From positions 98,819-162,818 of the forward strand of contig JANQWK010000060.1 of the NCBI GenBank assembly GCA_030729925.1: a DNA stretch of 64,000 nt. Direction: 5' to 3'. A program made the translations under genes and the position numbers. How positions within the stretch are numbered: position 1 is the stretch's first letter; each line of letters starts with the position of its first letter. The notes beneath the pieces were generated by a model. It was not told where the DNA came from and searched no databases. It was given only the letters and a program-made list of their open reading frames with translations. Origin of the DNA: Saprospiraceae bacterium. Its GTDB lineage: Bacteria > Bacteroidota > Bacteroidia > Chitinophagales > Saprospiraceae. Below, piece after piece: positions 56,650 to 64,000 of the stretch.

Positions 56650-56652
56650 TTT

Positions 56653-58272
56653 TTAATTATTTGCTCTTGCCCTTGCCAGTTCCAAAGCGGCTTTAGCGTC
56701 CACCAGACCGCCGGTAGCACAAAGGTCAGACAAAGCCACTTTTGCGTCTTCGGATCCTGGAAGCATCACTTGGATACCGGGTTTGTAAGCACTCTCCAGG
56801 AGAATCTCCCGCACCTCTTTGGCTCGTAAACCGGGGAAGTAAGCCCGAATCAGGGCAGCTACACCGCTGACAACCGGTGCCGAAAAACTCGTTCCATCCA
56901 ACCAATCGTAGCTGTTATTGGGATACGTGGAGTAAATGGACACCCCGGGAGCCAATATATCTACATGAACGGAGCTGTAATTGGTAAACGAAGCTGCCAG
57001 TTGTTCATTCATCTCGGGGCCACTCGCTCCCACCTCGATCCAGTTTTTGGCTTGTTTGGGAGCCAGAAATCCGGCTTTTTGGTATTGATCGTTGGGGAAC
57101 TGTCCATCCGGCTTATTTTCCTTAGCATCATTACCTGCGCTATGCACAATCAGCACATCTTTTTTTTCCGCGTAGCGGACAGCTGCATCCACCACTCCTT
57201 TGAGCGGAGAAGCCCCTTTGCCAAAACTAAGGTTGATAATACTAGCTCCATTATCCACTGCATAGCGGATGGCGTTGGCTACATCCTTATCGTGTTCATC
57301 CCCGTCCGGCACTGCCCGAATCGCCATAATTTGTACCTGATCTGCCACTCCGTCCATACCCAGGTCATTATTTCGGACAGCGGCGATAACTCCGGCAGCA
57401 TGGGTTCCGTGGAAGGGATCCGGCCCTTTGACATCCGGATTACCGTATCCGATTTCTTTGGGATTATTCGGATCATCCCCGATGAGTGCGCGGGAATTCC
57501 ATTCCGGATTGTAATAAAAATTGTATCGGGCATAAAAATACTCGAACGACTCTTCGATCTGTTTGGCCAGTTCGGCAAACGTCCACCCTTCCGCTTCCAT
57601 CACACCTGCCAGCGGTTGTCGGAATCGCATCACCCCCGGATGATCAATTTCTACAGACAAGAGCTCGTCTTTGGACAAATCCATGGATCCCTTAACGGCG
57701 ATGATCGTATCTATGGTAGCATCCAGGACTCCGTAGAGCTGGTAATTGGAAGCATACTCTGCTACTTTGTCTTCTATTTCTTTGCCATACTCCTGGTAGC
57801 GTTCAAAATCTGGCTTGTCTTTGGGAGCGATATCTGTGAGCGCCTTTCCGGCAAAACGCTTACTCAAGTGGGCATAGATGCGGGTCATTTCAAGGTTGTC
57901 GTAGTGCACATTTTCGCCGGAGGCATTCCCCAGAAAATTCCAGCCATACACATCATCCACATAGCCATTGCCATCATCATCGCGCCCATTGCCCGGGATT
58001 TCATCCGAATTCACCCAGATAACCTCTCGAAGATCCTCGTGGTCAATATCAACCCCATTATCAATCACCGCTACGATCACTTTTTTGGCTGGCAAGCCTT
58101 TAACTACTGCATAAGCACCGGATAAACTGATCCCGGGTGTACCGGACGCAACAGCTTGCAGGTGCCAGTTTTTGGCTACCCCATCGGGAGACTGAGCAAA
58201 TAATTGTCCTGCGACAGAAAGGACAGCGACCAAGCTGCAGCATCTGGAAAGAGAAAGAAAAATGTTCCGCAT
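56653..58272 (-). CDS. S8-family (subtilisin-like) serine peptidase
   Basis: ATG 58272 (MRNIFLSLSRCCSLVAVLSVAGQLFAQ signal), 539 aa. The catalytic triad motifs are AVIDNGVD (Asp), HGTHAAG (His) and GTSFSAP (Ser). Confidence 0.9.
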   Translation of the reverse strand: MRNIFLSLSRCCSLVAVLSVAGQLFAQSPDGVAKNWHLQAVASGTPGISLSGAYAVVKGLPAKKVIVAVIDNGVDIDHEDLREVIWVNSDEIPGNGRDDDGNGYVDDVYGWNFLGNASGENVHYDNLEMTRIYAHLSKRFAGKALTDIAPKDKPDFERYQEYGKEIEDKVAEYASNYQLYGVLDATIDTIIAVKGSMDLSKDELLSVEIDHPGVMRFRQPLAGVMEAEGWTFAELAKQIEESFEYFYARYNFYYNPEWNSRALIGDDPNNPKEIGYGNPDVKGPDPFHGTHAAGVIAAVRNNDLGMDGVADQVQIMAIRAVPDGDEHDKDVANAIRYAVDNGASIINLSFGKGASPLKGVVDAAVRYAEKKDVLIVHSAGNDAKENKPDGQFPNDQYQKAGFLAPKQAKNWIEVGASGPEMNEQLAASFTNYSSVHVDILAPGVSIYSTYPNNSYDWLDGTSFSAPVVSGVAALIRAYFPGLRAKEVREILLESAYKPGIQVMLPGSEDAKVALSDLCATGGLVDAKAALELARARANN

Positions 58273-58363
58273 AAACTTTTTTTTCAGCTGAATAAGATAA
58301 CAAAATAAATAAACGCAACTTTGGGAAAAAAATTTGCTTTTAGCCATTAGATAGGATCCTTTT

Positions 58364-59206
58364 ATGAAGCAATTTATCTTAACCCTTCGTTGGTTATATA
58401 AATATGCCATTTTTTTTCGGAAAGCGGTGACGGCAAACGACCTGCACCAGCCGGTAGTCTATCAATTTGCCCGCTGGGTCGTCGAAGACAGAAGACCCTT
58501 CTATGCCTTTTTTCAGATTCGCGCATTGCGCAAGCGGTTGCTTCGAAGCCGGGAATACTTAGCTTTGGATGATCACGGTGCGGGTTCTAAAATCAGTTCG
58601 GCGACTCGCCAAACGATAGGCGAGTTGGCTCGATACCAAGCCCTATCGGAAAAAGAGGGGATCTGGCTGTTTCGAATGGTACAGCATTTTAAACCACAGG
58701 GCATCCTTGAACTGGGGACATCCTTGGGGCTCTCCACCCTGTACCTCAAATTAGGCGCCAGGGAAACTCCCTTGCTCACCATAGAAGGCTCGCCAGAACC
58801 AGCGCGACAAGCACTCAGAAACCTGGAACACCTAAACGCTGGAAATTACCATTTGAAAGTCGGCACTTTTGCGGAGGCACTGCAGGAACTCCGCGTTGAT
58901 GATCGGCGGTTCGACTTTTTTTACCTCGATGGCGACCACCGGGGGGAAGCCACGCGAGACTACCTATCGCAGTGCAGGGCGCTTGCGGGGGAGCGATTTG
59001 TAGTCGTATTGGCCGACATTTACTGGTCGGCCGACATGGAGCAGGCCTGGAAAAACATCTGTCGGCAGGAAGACATCCCGCTCAGCATTGACCTCTTTCA
59101 CTTTGGCGTCTTGATCTTTGACCCTTACATCAGGATAAAGCAGCACTACTATCTGGTCAGGCGTGCCCAAAAGCCCTGGCGCACCGGGATTGGTTTATTT
59201 TCCTGA
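58364..59206 (+). CDS. Class I SAM-dependent methyltransferase (O-methyltransferase family 3-like)
   Basis: 280 aa with motif I ILELGTSLGLST and an acidic FFYLDGDH region. Confidence 0.75.
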   Translation: MKQFILTLRWLYKYAIFFRKAVTANDLHQPVVYQFARWVVEDRRPFYAFFQIRALRKRLLRSREYLALDDHGAGSKISSATRQTIGELARYQALSEKEGIWLFRMVQHFKPQGILELGTSLGLSTLYLKLGARETPLLTIEGSPEPARQALRNLEHLNAGNYHLKVGTFAEALQELRVDDRRFDFFYLDGDHRGEATRDYLSQCRALAGERFVVVLADIYWSADMEQAWKNICRQEDIPLSIDLFHFGVLIFDPYIRIKQHYYLVRRAQKPWRTGIGLFS

Positions 59207-61825
59207 CCGAAACCCAATTCTGGAACGCGTAAACACCTCATCGGCGCTCTGCGTCTCGAGGCAGACCAGGTCGGACTTAAACAGCATATTTTCGGCCATA
59301 GCAGCCTCCCGGGAAGCCGGATCCAGCTCGGCCAGTTTCAGGTTGTGTGCTTTAACCAAGGTTTGCACAATCGCTCTTATGGCGCGCGCATTGCCGAAAT
59401 ACCTATCCCTTGCCCGGTACAACTGCTCCAGATGTTCTGCCAATGCAGCGGAAGCATCCTTATCCAAACGCAGGCCTTCCGCATCCAGCATTTGCACTGC
59501 GATTCTAAACAAATCCTTGGGTTCGTAATCTTCGAATTTCAAAATCTTATCGAAGCGAGAACTCAGTCCGGGGTTGGCCTTCAAAAAAGCCTCCATATTA
59601 TCGGGATAACCCGCCACAAACACAAAAAACGCCCCTCTGTCGTCCTCCATGCGTTTGAGCAGGGTCTGAATAGCCTCTTGTCCGTAATCGGCCTGTCCGG
59701 CCACATTGCTCAGCGCATAAGCCTCATCCACAAAAAGCACCCCGCCCATGGCCTCATCAATCTTTTCGGTCGTTTTAATGGCTGTCTGACCCACATAACC
59801 GGCCACCAGGCCATGGCGATCGGTCTCAACCATGTGTCCTCTCTCCAGGATGCCCAAAGCCCGGTAGATATTTGTCAAAATCCGCGCAACGGTAGTTTTT
59901 CCCGTTCCGGGATTACCCACCAGCACCGTGTGCAGGTAAAACCGGTGCAGCACATCCTTTCCGCTATCCTTATAAAACCGCACCAGGTGCACCATATCCT
60001 GAATCTGCCGCTTCACTTTATCCATCCCCACCAGATCCTGTAAATCCTGAAGTGCACTTTCGAGCAACTGCTCATCAATTGGAATATTTGGCAACACCTT
60101 AGTAGCAGAACCTGGAAGTGCCTGAACATCTTCCCACTCGATCACCTGCATTTTGTCTGGATCCAGCAGCTCCGGCTGTTCCATTTGCATGATTCTCAGT
60201 CCCAGGTTCAACTTACATTTATCAATCAAATCATATACAAACCTTGCATTTCCGAAAGTCTTATCGCGCTTCCGGTAGGCCTCCAGGATCAGTTGGTCCA
60301 GTCTGGACGCGGCGGCAGGACTCAGTTGCACCTCTTTCTCTTCACAGGCGCGCAATGCAATGCGGGACAACTCCTGCGGCAGGTAATCCCGAAACTCAAA
60401 ATGCAATTTGAACCGCGACTTCAAGCCCGGATTTGAATTCAGGAAATGCTTCATCTCACCGGGATAACCGGCCACAATCACGGCCAGATCCCCTTTGCCA
60501 TTAGACAACTCTTTAACCAAAATCTCGATCACCTCCCGGCCAAAATCTTTGCTATCGTCATTTTGTCTGGCCAAGGCATAAGCCTCATCAATAAACAACA
60601 CCCCACCTCGTGCTTGCTCTATGGCTTCCTTTACTTTCGGGGCGGTTTGTCCGATATACTCCCCTACCAGATCCACGCGATCCACCTCGTGGACGTGCCC
60701 TTTAGACAAAAGTCCCATCGTTTTATAGAGTTGCCCCATCATTTTGGCAACAGTCGTTTTTCCCGTTCCCGGGTTGCCGATGAAAACAGAATGCACATGC
60801 ACCTCTTCCTCTTCCCGAAACCCTTTATCCTTTCTCAGTCGCAGAAACTGCAGGTATCTTGCATGATTTTTAACCTGCGTTTTAACCGCATCCAGACCTA
60901 TCAATCCATCCATTTTGGCAAACAATTCCTCGAAGCTAAGGGAGGTTGTCTCCTCAGGACTTACGGTCGCAACCGGCTCATCGCCAAAAAGCACAGCGGC
61001 CTCGCCTTCCACGATATCCTCGCCCACCTCAAAAGGAACCACGGCAAGTAATTTGTCCATAAACACAATCTCCGCCGTATAGCGATCTTTTCGCCAGGAT
61101 CCTTTAACATTGGATCCCCAACCTGCGGTAAAACGTATTTCATCCTCGTAGCGTTCGATTTTCTGCAGGCGAACCACCTGTCCCTTTAACTCTCGGGCAT
61201 TGTTGTAAAACTTAATAAACAATTCACAATGCCAGCTCTGTTCCTCGAGCAAATTAACGAAGATCATATCCAGGTAAATGTACCGACTTTCTGCTGCGCT
61301 AAACTGTTTGAGGTACAAACGATCGTCCTCCATCACGTCCTCGTAAGGCCCTTCATACAACTGAACCGTCTCCAACTCCATGTAAGGTTTTTCGAGGCCA
61401 TCCGGTTTGCGCTCCCCCTCTTCGATGTAAAAATACTTACTGGCAATTTTTTCGCCCTGTATGGAAACCTCCCAGTAGTAAGTCCCCTTTTTCCAGAAAG
61501 CACCTTCCTGTTTGTTGCCCCAGCCTTCCCGGATATACACGATAGGCTCGAACTTGCTCACCCGTTTTTTGATGGGCAAGAAGCACAACTCCTTTTTCCC
61601 TTTTTTAAGGGAGTAGCATTTCAGATCCAGCTCAATATCCCAATCTTCCTCATCGAAACGCTTGTTGAAAAAGGAAAACTCCGCATAGACGTAGGTCGTA
61701 TCGAATCGGTTGAACACCTGGCGATACTTCTTTTTGTTTTCAGCCAGCCACTCGGTGGAAGAATAGACTTTCAGTTCTTTGAACTTGAACAATCTGGATT
61801 CGATATGGTGGTAACTTTCCCTCAT
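59195..61825 (-). CDS. Tandem AAA+ ATPase (two CbbX/SpoVK/EccA-type modules) with duplicated N-terminal domain
   Basis: 876 aa with two complete modules. The first has GNPGTGKTTVAKMMG + VLFIDEAYAL + GYPGEM...NPGLKSRF. The second has GNPGTGKTTVARILT + VLFVDEAYAL + GYPDNM...NPGLSSRF. The N-terminal ~290 aa is an internal duplication. Confidence 0.88.
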   Translation of the reverse strand: MRESYHHIESRLFKFKELKVYSSTEWLAENKKKYRQVFNRFDTTYVYAEFSFFNKRFDEEDWDIELDLKCYSLKKGKKELCFLPIKKRVSKFEPIVYIREGWGNKQEGAFWKKGTYYWEVSIQGEKIASKYFYIEEGERKPDGLEKPYMELETVQLYEGPYEDVMEDDRLYLKQFSAAESRYIYLDMIFVNLLEEQSWHCELFIKFYNNARELKGQVVRLQKIERYEDEIRFTAGWGSNVKGSWRKDRYTAEIVFMDKLLAVVPFEVGEDIVEGEAAVLFGDEPVATVSPEETTSLSFEELFAKMDGLIGLDAVKTQVKNHARYLQFLRLRKDKGFREEEEVHVHSVFIGNPGTGKTTVAKMMGQLYKTMGLLSKGHVHEVDRVDLVGEYIGQTAPKVKEAIEQARGGVLFIDEAYALARQNDDSKDFGREVIEILVKELSNGKGDLAVIVAGYPGEMKHFLNSNPGLKSRFKLHFEFRDYLPQELSRIALRACEEKEVQLSPAAASRLDQLILEAYRKRDKTFGNARFVYDLIDKCKLNLGLRIMQMEQPELLDPDKMQVIEWEDVQALPGSATKVLPNIPIDEQLLESALQDLQDLVGMDKVKRQIQDMVHLVRFYKDSGKDVLHRFYLHTVLVGNPGTGKTTVARILTNIYRALGILERGHMVETDRHGLVAGYVGQTAIKTTEKIDEAMGGVLFVDEAYALSNVAGQADYGQEAIQTLLKRMEDDRGAFFVFVAGYPDNMEAFLKANPGLSSRFDKILKFEDYEPKDLFRIAVQMLDAEGLRLDKDASAALAEHLEQLYRARDRYFGNARAIRAIVQTLVKAHNLKLAELDPASREAAMAENMLFKSDLVCLETQSADEVFTRSRIGFRSGK

Positions 61826-61949
61826 TCCTTTTGGATTCGATCTTTATCTAAACTTAAATAATTTATTTGAATAATTCACAAAGTCCCAAGAAAAAGTCCG
61901 GAAATCATACCTTTGTGCACAGAACTTTCACCCACAGTTACCGATCAAG

Positions 61950-62459
61950 ATGAATCAGCTCGAAAAATTCGCAGAAATATCAACTTTTTTCTTTGACATT
62001 GACGGTGTTTTCACCAACAACACCCTGCTCATCACCGACCAGGGGGAATTTTTAAGATCCATGAACGTAAGGGATGGTTATGCGGTAAAACGAGCCATAC
62101 GCGCTGGTTATCAAATTGTTGTCATCACAGGAGGGAGTTCTTCCGGGGTGCAATCGAGATTGCAGGGTTTGGGGATTGAGCACATCTATATGGGTAAAGA
62201 GCAAAAACTGGAAGTATTTGACCGGCTTGTTGTAGAGATGGACCTCGAGCCTGGAGAAATTTTATATCTGGGCGACGATCTTCCTGATTACCCGGTGATG
62301 CGGAAGGTTGGTTTGCCCTGCTGTCCCGCTGACGCCGTACCTGAAATCATGGGGCTTTCGAAGTATGTATCCCCTTATAAGGGCGGGGAGGGATGTGTTC
62401 GGGATGTGATTGAAAAAGTGATGCGCATCAGGGGGGAATGGGATATCCCGCAATCCTAA
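61950..62459 (+). CDS. kdsC: 3-deoxy-D-manno-octulosonate 8-phosphate phosphatase (HAD-IIIA, KdsC family)
   Basis: 169 aa. FFFDIDGVFTN (DxDG motif I), ...VITGG... and YLGDDLPD are typical of KdsC. Confidence 0.85.
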   Translation: MNQLEKFAEISTFFFDIDGVFTNNTLLITDQGEFLRSMNVRDGYAVKRAIRAGYQIVVITGGSSSGVQSRLQGLGIEHIYMGKEQKLEVFDRLVVEMDLEPGEILYLGDDLPDYPVMRKVGLPCCPADAVPEIMGLSKYVSPYKGGEGCVRDVIEKVMRIRGEWDIPQS

Positions 62460-62471
62460 CCCCTGCTGACA

Positions 62472-63410
62472 ATGGGATGCTTACTACCGGGGCTTACCCT
62501 TATCCGACTTCCGAATCTGCTGATCGCCATGCTTACCCAGGCCATGGTTCACCAATTGCTGATCCGACCTGCCCTGATGGAGGGCAACCTGGTTGCGGAT
62601 CTTCAGCCTGTTGATTTACTGGCGTTGATGTTGGCAACGGTTTTCGTAACAGCGGGTGGGTATGTTTGGAATGACATTGTGGACTATCCCATAGACCTGG
62701 TCAACAAGCCGGGTAAAGTGATCATCCGGAAAAAGATTACCCTGCCGATGGCCTATTGGCTATATGCTTGTTGCAACCTGGCGGGGTGGGTACTCGCGCT
62801 CTATTTAGCTTGGACGCACAACAAATCCGACTGGTTTTTGCTCTATCCCATTTCGGCTGGAGGATTATTTTGGTATAGCCTTCGGCTCAAACAGCGACCG
62901 TTTTGGGGCAATCTCCTCATCAGTCTTTACTGTGCCGGGGTACCCGCATTGGTCTGGTTAGCCGAGCAGGAAACATTGTCGCAATTGAAGCTTGTCCAAC
63001 CTGAACTATATATCCAAACAGCCAATACGGTGGCAGCTTATGCCCTGTTTGCCTTTTTGACCAACCTGTTTCGGGAGATTGTAAAAGACCTGCAGGATAT
63101 GCCTGGAGATTACCGTTACCAGCTTCGGACCCTTCCGCTGGTAATTGGAACCCAAAAAGCCCATACGATACTGCTGTTTATTGGAGGCCTGCTGATCCTC
63201 AGCCTGGTCATTTGGGCCAAGGGGCTTGCGCCCGGACTCCCGGCATGGCTGCTGCTGATGGGGGGCATCATGACACCTTTGGCATTCAACCTGATCCAGT
63301 TGTTCAAAGCCCCTTCGCCACTGCGCTACGCACTGATCAGCCACATTACGAAAGGAATCATGCTCATCGGATTATTATTGTTGTTACTTACCCATTATTA
63401 TTATGTCTGA
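62472..63410 (+). CDS. UbiA-family prenyltransferase
   Basis: 312 aa with ~8 TM segments, the first Asp-rich motif NDIVDYPID and a second motif region KDLQDMPGD. Confidence 0.85.
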   Translation: MGCLLPGLTLIRLPNLLIAMLTQAMVHQLLIRPALMEGNLVADLQPVDLLALMLATVFVTAGGYVWNDIVDYPIDLVNKPGKVIIRKKITLPMAYWLYACCNLAGWVLALYLAWTHNKSDWFLLYPISAGGLFWYSLRLKQRPFWGNLLISLYCAGVPALVWLAEQETLSQLKLVQPELYIQTANTVAAYALFAFLTNLFREIVKDLQDMPGDYRYQLRTLPLVIGTQKAHTILLFIGGLLILSLVIWAKGLAPGLPAWLLLMGGIMTPLAFNLIQLFKAPSPLRYALISHITKGIMLIGLLLLLLTHYYYV

Positions 63411-63414
63411 ACCT

Positions 63415-64000
63415 ATGCAACACCTCCGCCAAACCATTCTGCTGGCATCCAAATCTCCCCGCAGGCGGCAGCTCTTGGAAGCCGCTGGATTTCCCTATGA
63501 AACCTTAACACTGGATACCCCGGAGACTTATCCCGACCACCTTCCTGCGAGCGCAATAGCGCCTTACTTGGCCGAAAAAAAAGCTGCGGCAGCTCTTGGG
63601 TATTTACAGCCCGGTCAAATCCTGCTTTGTGCGGACTCGGTTGTGATTCTCCACAACAAAGTCTATGAAAAAGCAGCCAATTACGACGAAGCCTACGCCA
63701 TGCTGAGTGCCCTTTCGGGGCAGGTACACGAAGTCGTTACCGGGGTATGTCTGCAAACTGATCGGCAAAAAAGGGTCTTTTCCGGACATTCTTTCGTGCA
63801 CCTTGCCGAGCTCAGTCATGCCGAAAAAGACTATTACATCAACAACTACCATCCTTACGACAAAGCGGGTGCCTATGGCATTCAGGACTGGATTGGCTGG
63901 TGTAAAGTCACCCGGATAGAAGGCAGCTATTCCAATATCATGGGACTTCCCATGGAATTGGTGTATGCCGAAATAGCGGCTATATGTCGTCCGGAGTCTC
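63415..64000 (+). CDS. maf: Maf-like nucleoside-triphosphate pyrophosphatase (C-terminal end beyond window)
   Basis: Absent from the ORF track because it runs off the right edge. My translation from ATG 63415 is MQHLRQTILLASKSPRRRQLLEAAGFPYE...ADSVV...KAGAYGIQD...GSYSNIMGLP, the canonical Maf motifs. Confidence 0.88.
   Translation, partial: MQHLRQTILLASKSPRRRQLLEAAGFPYETLTLDTPETYPDHLPASAIAPYLAEKKAAAALGYLQPGQILLCADSVVILHNKVYEKAANYDEAYAMLSALSGQVHEVVTGVCLQTDRQKRVFSGHSFVHLAELSHAEKDYYINNYHPYDKAGAYGIQDWIGWCKVTRIEGSYSNIMGLPMELVYAEIAAICRPES

Noticed and set aside
56965-58125. 386-aa plus-strand ORF
   Set aside because: It is antisense to the S8 peptidase, which has an intact Asp/His/Ser triad. It is an Ile/His/Phe-rich shadow frame.
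56653-58272. T9SS C-terminal sorting domain on the S8 peptidase, LVIVD protein or M14 peptidase
   Set aside because: Their C-termini (for example ...DAKAALELARARANN) lack the beta-sandwich CTD pattern seen in the esterase at 11707-12903. No T9SS cargo claim is made for them.
59345-61861. Plus-strand ORFs of 232, 83, 201 and 210 aa
   Set aside because: They are antisense to the tandem AAA+ ATPase gene.
1-64000. CRISPR arrays, transposases/integrases, prophage genes, toxin-antitoxin pairs, known defence-system genes
   Set aside because: I scanned intergenic regions (all under 350 nt) and all ORF translations. I found no regularly spaced repeats, no DDE/tyrosine/serine recombinase motifs and no duplicated tRNA 3' end flanking tRNA-His. 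I also found no nuclease/helicase/methylase modules typical of defence islands. The single methyltransferase looks like a small-molecule O-methyltransferase type.

Overview
This 64-kb window looks like an ordinary chromosomal segment of a Bacteroidota-type genome. The lineage call rests on gldC, a PorV/PorQ-family protein, a T9SS C-terminal sorting domain, a TonB-dependent receptor, a DUF4249-like lipoprotein and TTTG-N20-TAnnTTTG promoter boxes. I can support about 55 protein-coding genes, tRNA-His(GTG), a candidate SRP (4.5S) RNA with its own promoter, and a few intrinsic terminators. Two genes run off the window edges and are absent from the ORF track: mutS on the left and maf on the right. 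Most content is housekeeping: mutS, fhs, pgi, fsa/tal, ribH, pdhA, recF, kdsC, maf, copA and ggt. I found no CRISPR array, transposase or integrase, phage genes, rRNA or long repeats. Many long ORFs in the track are antisense shadows of real genes. The most unusual feature is a gap-free, translationally coupled minus-strand cluster at 28271-37580: TonB-dependent receptor, YnjB-like ABC importer (binding protein, two permeases, ATPase), a radical SAM enzyme with a Cys-rich C-terminus, and a ClC/CBS channel. A DUF2064 gene precedes it and an M14 carboxypeptidase plus gamma-glutamyltransferase follow it on the same strand. I do not recognise this gene combination as a described pathway. Secondary oddities are a tandem CbbX/SpoVK-type AAA+ protein with a duplicated N-terminal domain, a two-TM coiled-coil protein with an unlisted 57-aa membrane ORF, a Cu-ATPase coupled to a DUF4249 lipoprotein, and convergent genes that share palindromic stop codons. 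All family assignments come from motif reading and memory of protein families. No database search was run.
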